Below are positions 62,344-64,000 of a stretch of DNA of 64,000 bases, piece after piece (positions within the stretch are counted from its first letter, which is position 1; each line of letters opens with the position of its first letter). The translations under genes and the position numbers were made by a program. Source of the stretch: Erysipelotrichaceae bacterium (GTDB lineage Bacteria; Bacillota_I; Bacilli_A; Erysipelotrichales; Erysipelotrichaceae); the NCBI GenBank assembly GCA_017431825.1, contig JAFRKI010000002.1:155863-219862 (forward strand), given 5' to 3'. Below the pieces are notes generated by a model. The model ran no database searches. It had not been told where the DNA came from and saw only the letters and a program-made list of their open reading frames with translations.

Positions 62344-63030
62344 TTAGTTGTTGGAGACTTCGACTCTTACGCCAGGACCCATATTGGATGATAAGGTCGT
62401 GCCCAGTACATACTGTCCCTTGACAGCAGCCGGTCTGGCCTTGAGGATCTGCTGGTATAAGGCATTGAAGTTCTCTTCGAGCGCCTTGGTCTCAAAGCTG
62501 GTCTTACCGATCAGACAGTTGATGTTTCCATCCTTGTCTACTCTGTAAGTAACTTTACCTTTCTTGATCTCTTCTACGGCACCGGCAATGTTCTGAGTTA
62601 CCGTACCGGTCTTAGGGTTAGGCATGAGGCCCTTAGGGCCTAAGATCTTACCCAGTTTACCGAGTTCACCCATCATGTCAGGTGTAGCGACGATGACATC
62701 GAAATCGAACCAGCCGCCCTTGATCTTTTCCAGGATCTCCTTGTCGCCGACATAATCGGCACCGGCAGTCTTAGCTACTTCGATATTAGGACCCTGAGTT
62801 ACGACCAGGACCTTCTGGCTCCTTCCGGTACCGTTAGGCAGTACCATGGCGCCACGGATCTGCTGTTCGGCGTGTCTTGGGTCAACGTTAAGCTTGAATG
62901 ATACTCTTACCTGAGCGTCATACTTGACGGTAGAAGTCTTCTTTACCAGTTCGCAGGCTTCGGCAACCGGATACTTCTTTGTCTTTTCGTAAAGACTTAA
63001 GGCATTCTTATAGGATTTGGATCTCTTCAT
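62344..63030 (-). CDS. rplA: 50S ribosomal protein L1
   Basis: 228 aa with typical L1 sequence. Confidence 0.95.
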   Translation of the reverse strand: MKRSKSYKNALSLYEKTKKYPVAEACELVKKTSTVKYDAQVRVSFKLNVDPRHAEQQIRGAMVLPNGTGRSQKVLVVTQGPNIEVAKTAGADYVGDKEILEKIKGGWFDFDVIVATPDMMGELGKLGKILGPKGLMPNPKTGTVTQNIAGAVEEIKKGKVTYRVDKDGNINCLIGKTSFETKALEENFNALYQQILKARPAAVKGQYVLGTTLSSNMGPGVRVEVSNN

Positions 63031-63032
63031 TA

Positions 63033-63452
63033 TTATTCCTCACCTTCTATCTTGATGCCCATGTTTCTTGCCGTACCGGCAATGATCTTCATGGCAGCTT
63101 CGACGTCGTTGGCGTTAAGATCAGGCATCTTGTATTCAGCTATTTCTCTTAACTGATCCTTGGTGATCTTACCGGCAGTAACGGAATTTGGCGTACCGCT
63201 GGCCTTATCGATGCCTGCAGCCTTCTTTAACAAGAATGCAGCCGGAGTCGTCTTGAGGACGAAGTCGAATGACTTGTCTTCATACGAAGTGATGATGACC
63301 GGTACGATGTCGCCCATTCTGTCCTTGGTCTGATCATTGAACTGCGTACAGAACTGAGGCATGTTGATACCGGCAGAGGCAAGTGCTGGTCCCGGTTTGG
63401 CCTGTCCGGCCAGGAACTGCAGCTTGCTTACTTTTGCAACTTTCTTTCCCAT
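63033..63452 (-). CDS. rplK: 50S ribosomal protein L11
   Basis: 139 aa with typical L11 sequence (..[22 protein letters not shown]..). Confidence 0.95.
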   Translation of the reverse strand: MGKKVAKVSKLQFLAGQAKPGPALASAGINMPQFCTQFNDQTKDRMGDIVPVIITSYEDKSFDFVLKTTPAAFLLKKAAGIDKASGTPNSVTAGKITKDQLREIAEYKMPDLNANDVEAAMKIIAGTARNMGIKIEGEE

Positions 63453-63465
63453 TTTTTCCTCCTTA

Positions 63466-63500
63466 TGGTAGTGGTTAACGGAGCAGTTGCACTCCTACCA
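63466..63500 (-). promoter_or_regulatory. Structured leader of the L11-L1 operon (possible L1 autoregulatory site)
   Basis: TGGTAG (63466-63471) / CTACCA (63495-63500) enclose GAG (63481-63483) / CTC (63492-63494), directly upstream of the rplK RBS. Confidence 0.3.
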
Positions 63501-63543
63501 CGTGCTTATCTATTTTAGCCTTTATTAAAGGCATTTTCAAGAC

Positions 63544-64000
63544 CTAATTTAGATTGCCTTTAGCGAATTCATCCAGCATCTCTCTGGTGAGAGCATAGTC
63601 TTCGTTTCTGATATCAAGATCGCTCCTTTTTATCCAGAAAGCATCGGCATTCTCGCTGTAATCGACGGTCAGTTTATCGTCACCGTCAAGATCGGCCACG
63701 AAACCCAGAAGCAGTGAATCGGAGAATGACCACGGCTGCGATTTATAGTAGCGGATGTTCTTTATCCTTACGCCAACTTCCTCCATCACTTCCCTGCGGC
63801 AGGTATCTTCCACCGTTTCGCCAACTTCCGTAAAGCCGGAGATGAGAGCCAGGCCCTTGGATTCCGGTCTTCTTCTGGTAACGATGATGGAGTCGTTTTC
63901 CTTATTAACCACAGCTACGATGACTGCAGGTGAGATCCTGGGATAGATCGTCGTTTTACAGTTCTCGCAGTACAGCATCCTCTCCTTATCGGAGAAGGAA
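63544..64000 (-). CDS. nudC: NudC-like NAD(H) pyrophosphatase (Nudix), probably truncated by the window edge
   Basis: Nudix box GFTEVGETVEDTCRREVMEEVGV and SQPWSFSDSLLLGF, typical of NudC. Only the second CxxC of the zinc ribbon is present, and the frame stays open upstream of ATG 63978 to the window end. Confidence 0.7.
   Translation of the reverse strand, partial: SFSDKERMLYCENCKTTIYPRISPAVIVAVVNKENDSIIVTRRRPESKGLALISGFTEVGETVEDTCRREVMEEVGVRIKNIRYYKSQPWSFSDSLLLGFVADLDGDDKLTVDYSENADAFWIKRSDLDIRNEDYALTREMLDEFAKGNLN

Noticed and set aside
1-64000. Mobile elements, prophage, CRISPR-Cas, and rRNA/tRNA genes.
   Set aside because: No transposase, integrase or phage-like ORFs, no spaced repeat arrays, and no tRNA-like T-loop motifs were seen in any intergenic region of 70 nt or longer. 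Apart from 41362-55169, gene content is core housekeeping.

Overview
This looks like a chromosomal segment of a Bacillota-type genome, with no sign of a mobile element. Supporting traits are three T-box leaders, the yqeG-yqeH-yhbY-yqeK-rsfS cluster, plsY next to parE-parC, and a ThrS lacking the TGS domain. Those traits hint at an Erysipelotrichia/Mollicutes-like lineage, but the taxon is a guess and GC content was not computed.

There are about 66 protein genes, roughly 60 of them on the minus strand. I saw no rRNA, tRNA, CRISPR, transposase or integrase.

Housekeeping content, in window order:
- guaB and proS
- T-box-controlled thrS, co-transcribed with an ABC binding protein and permease that have no ATPase
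- mscL and a Lys/Ala-repeat histone-H1-like protein
- T-box-controlled valS
- a liv-type branched-chain amino-acid ABC operon, preceded by an Ile/Leu/Val-rich leader peptide with a terminator, and followed by a CBS-ACT gene
- tig, lon, engB
- a four-domain flavodiiron protein
- a trimeric HydABC-type [FeFe] hydrogenase
- a DUF1846 gene, nth, dnaD, the yqe ribosome-biogenesis cluster, parE-parC, plsY, murE
- T-box-controlled pheST, rplK-rplA, and a nudC-like gene

The one accessory-looking block is 41362-55169, a 14-gene co-directional locus. It contains:
- a BMP/PnrA-type (nucleoside-type) ABC importer
- five consecutive, diverged ADP-ribosylglycohydrolase-family paralogues
- two PfkB kinases
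- a ribose-1,5-bisphosphate-isomerase-like (eIF-2B family) protein with Ser at the aligned catalytic Cys position
- a BtpA/SgcQ TIM-barrel protein

I know of no characterised pathway with this composition, and it is my main candidate for an undescribed system. All family calls are from reading the translations by eye. No searches or computations were run.
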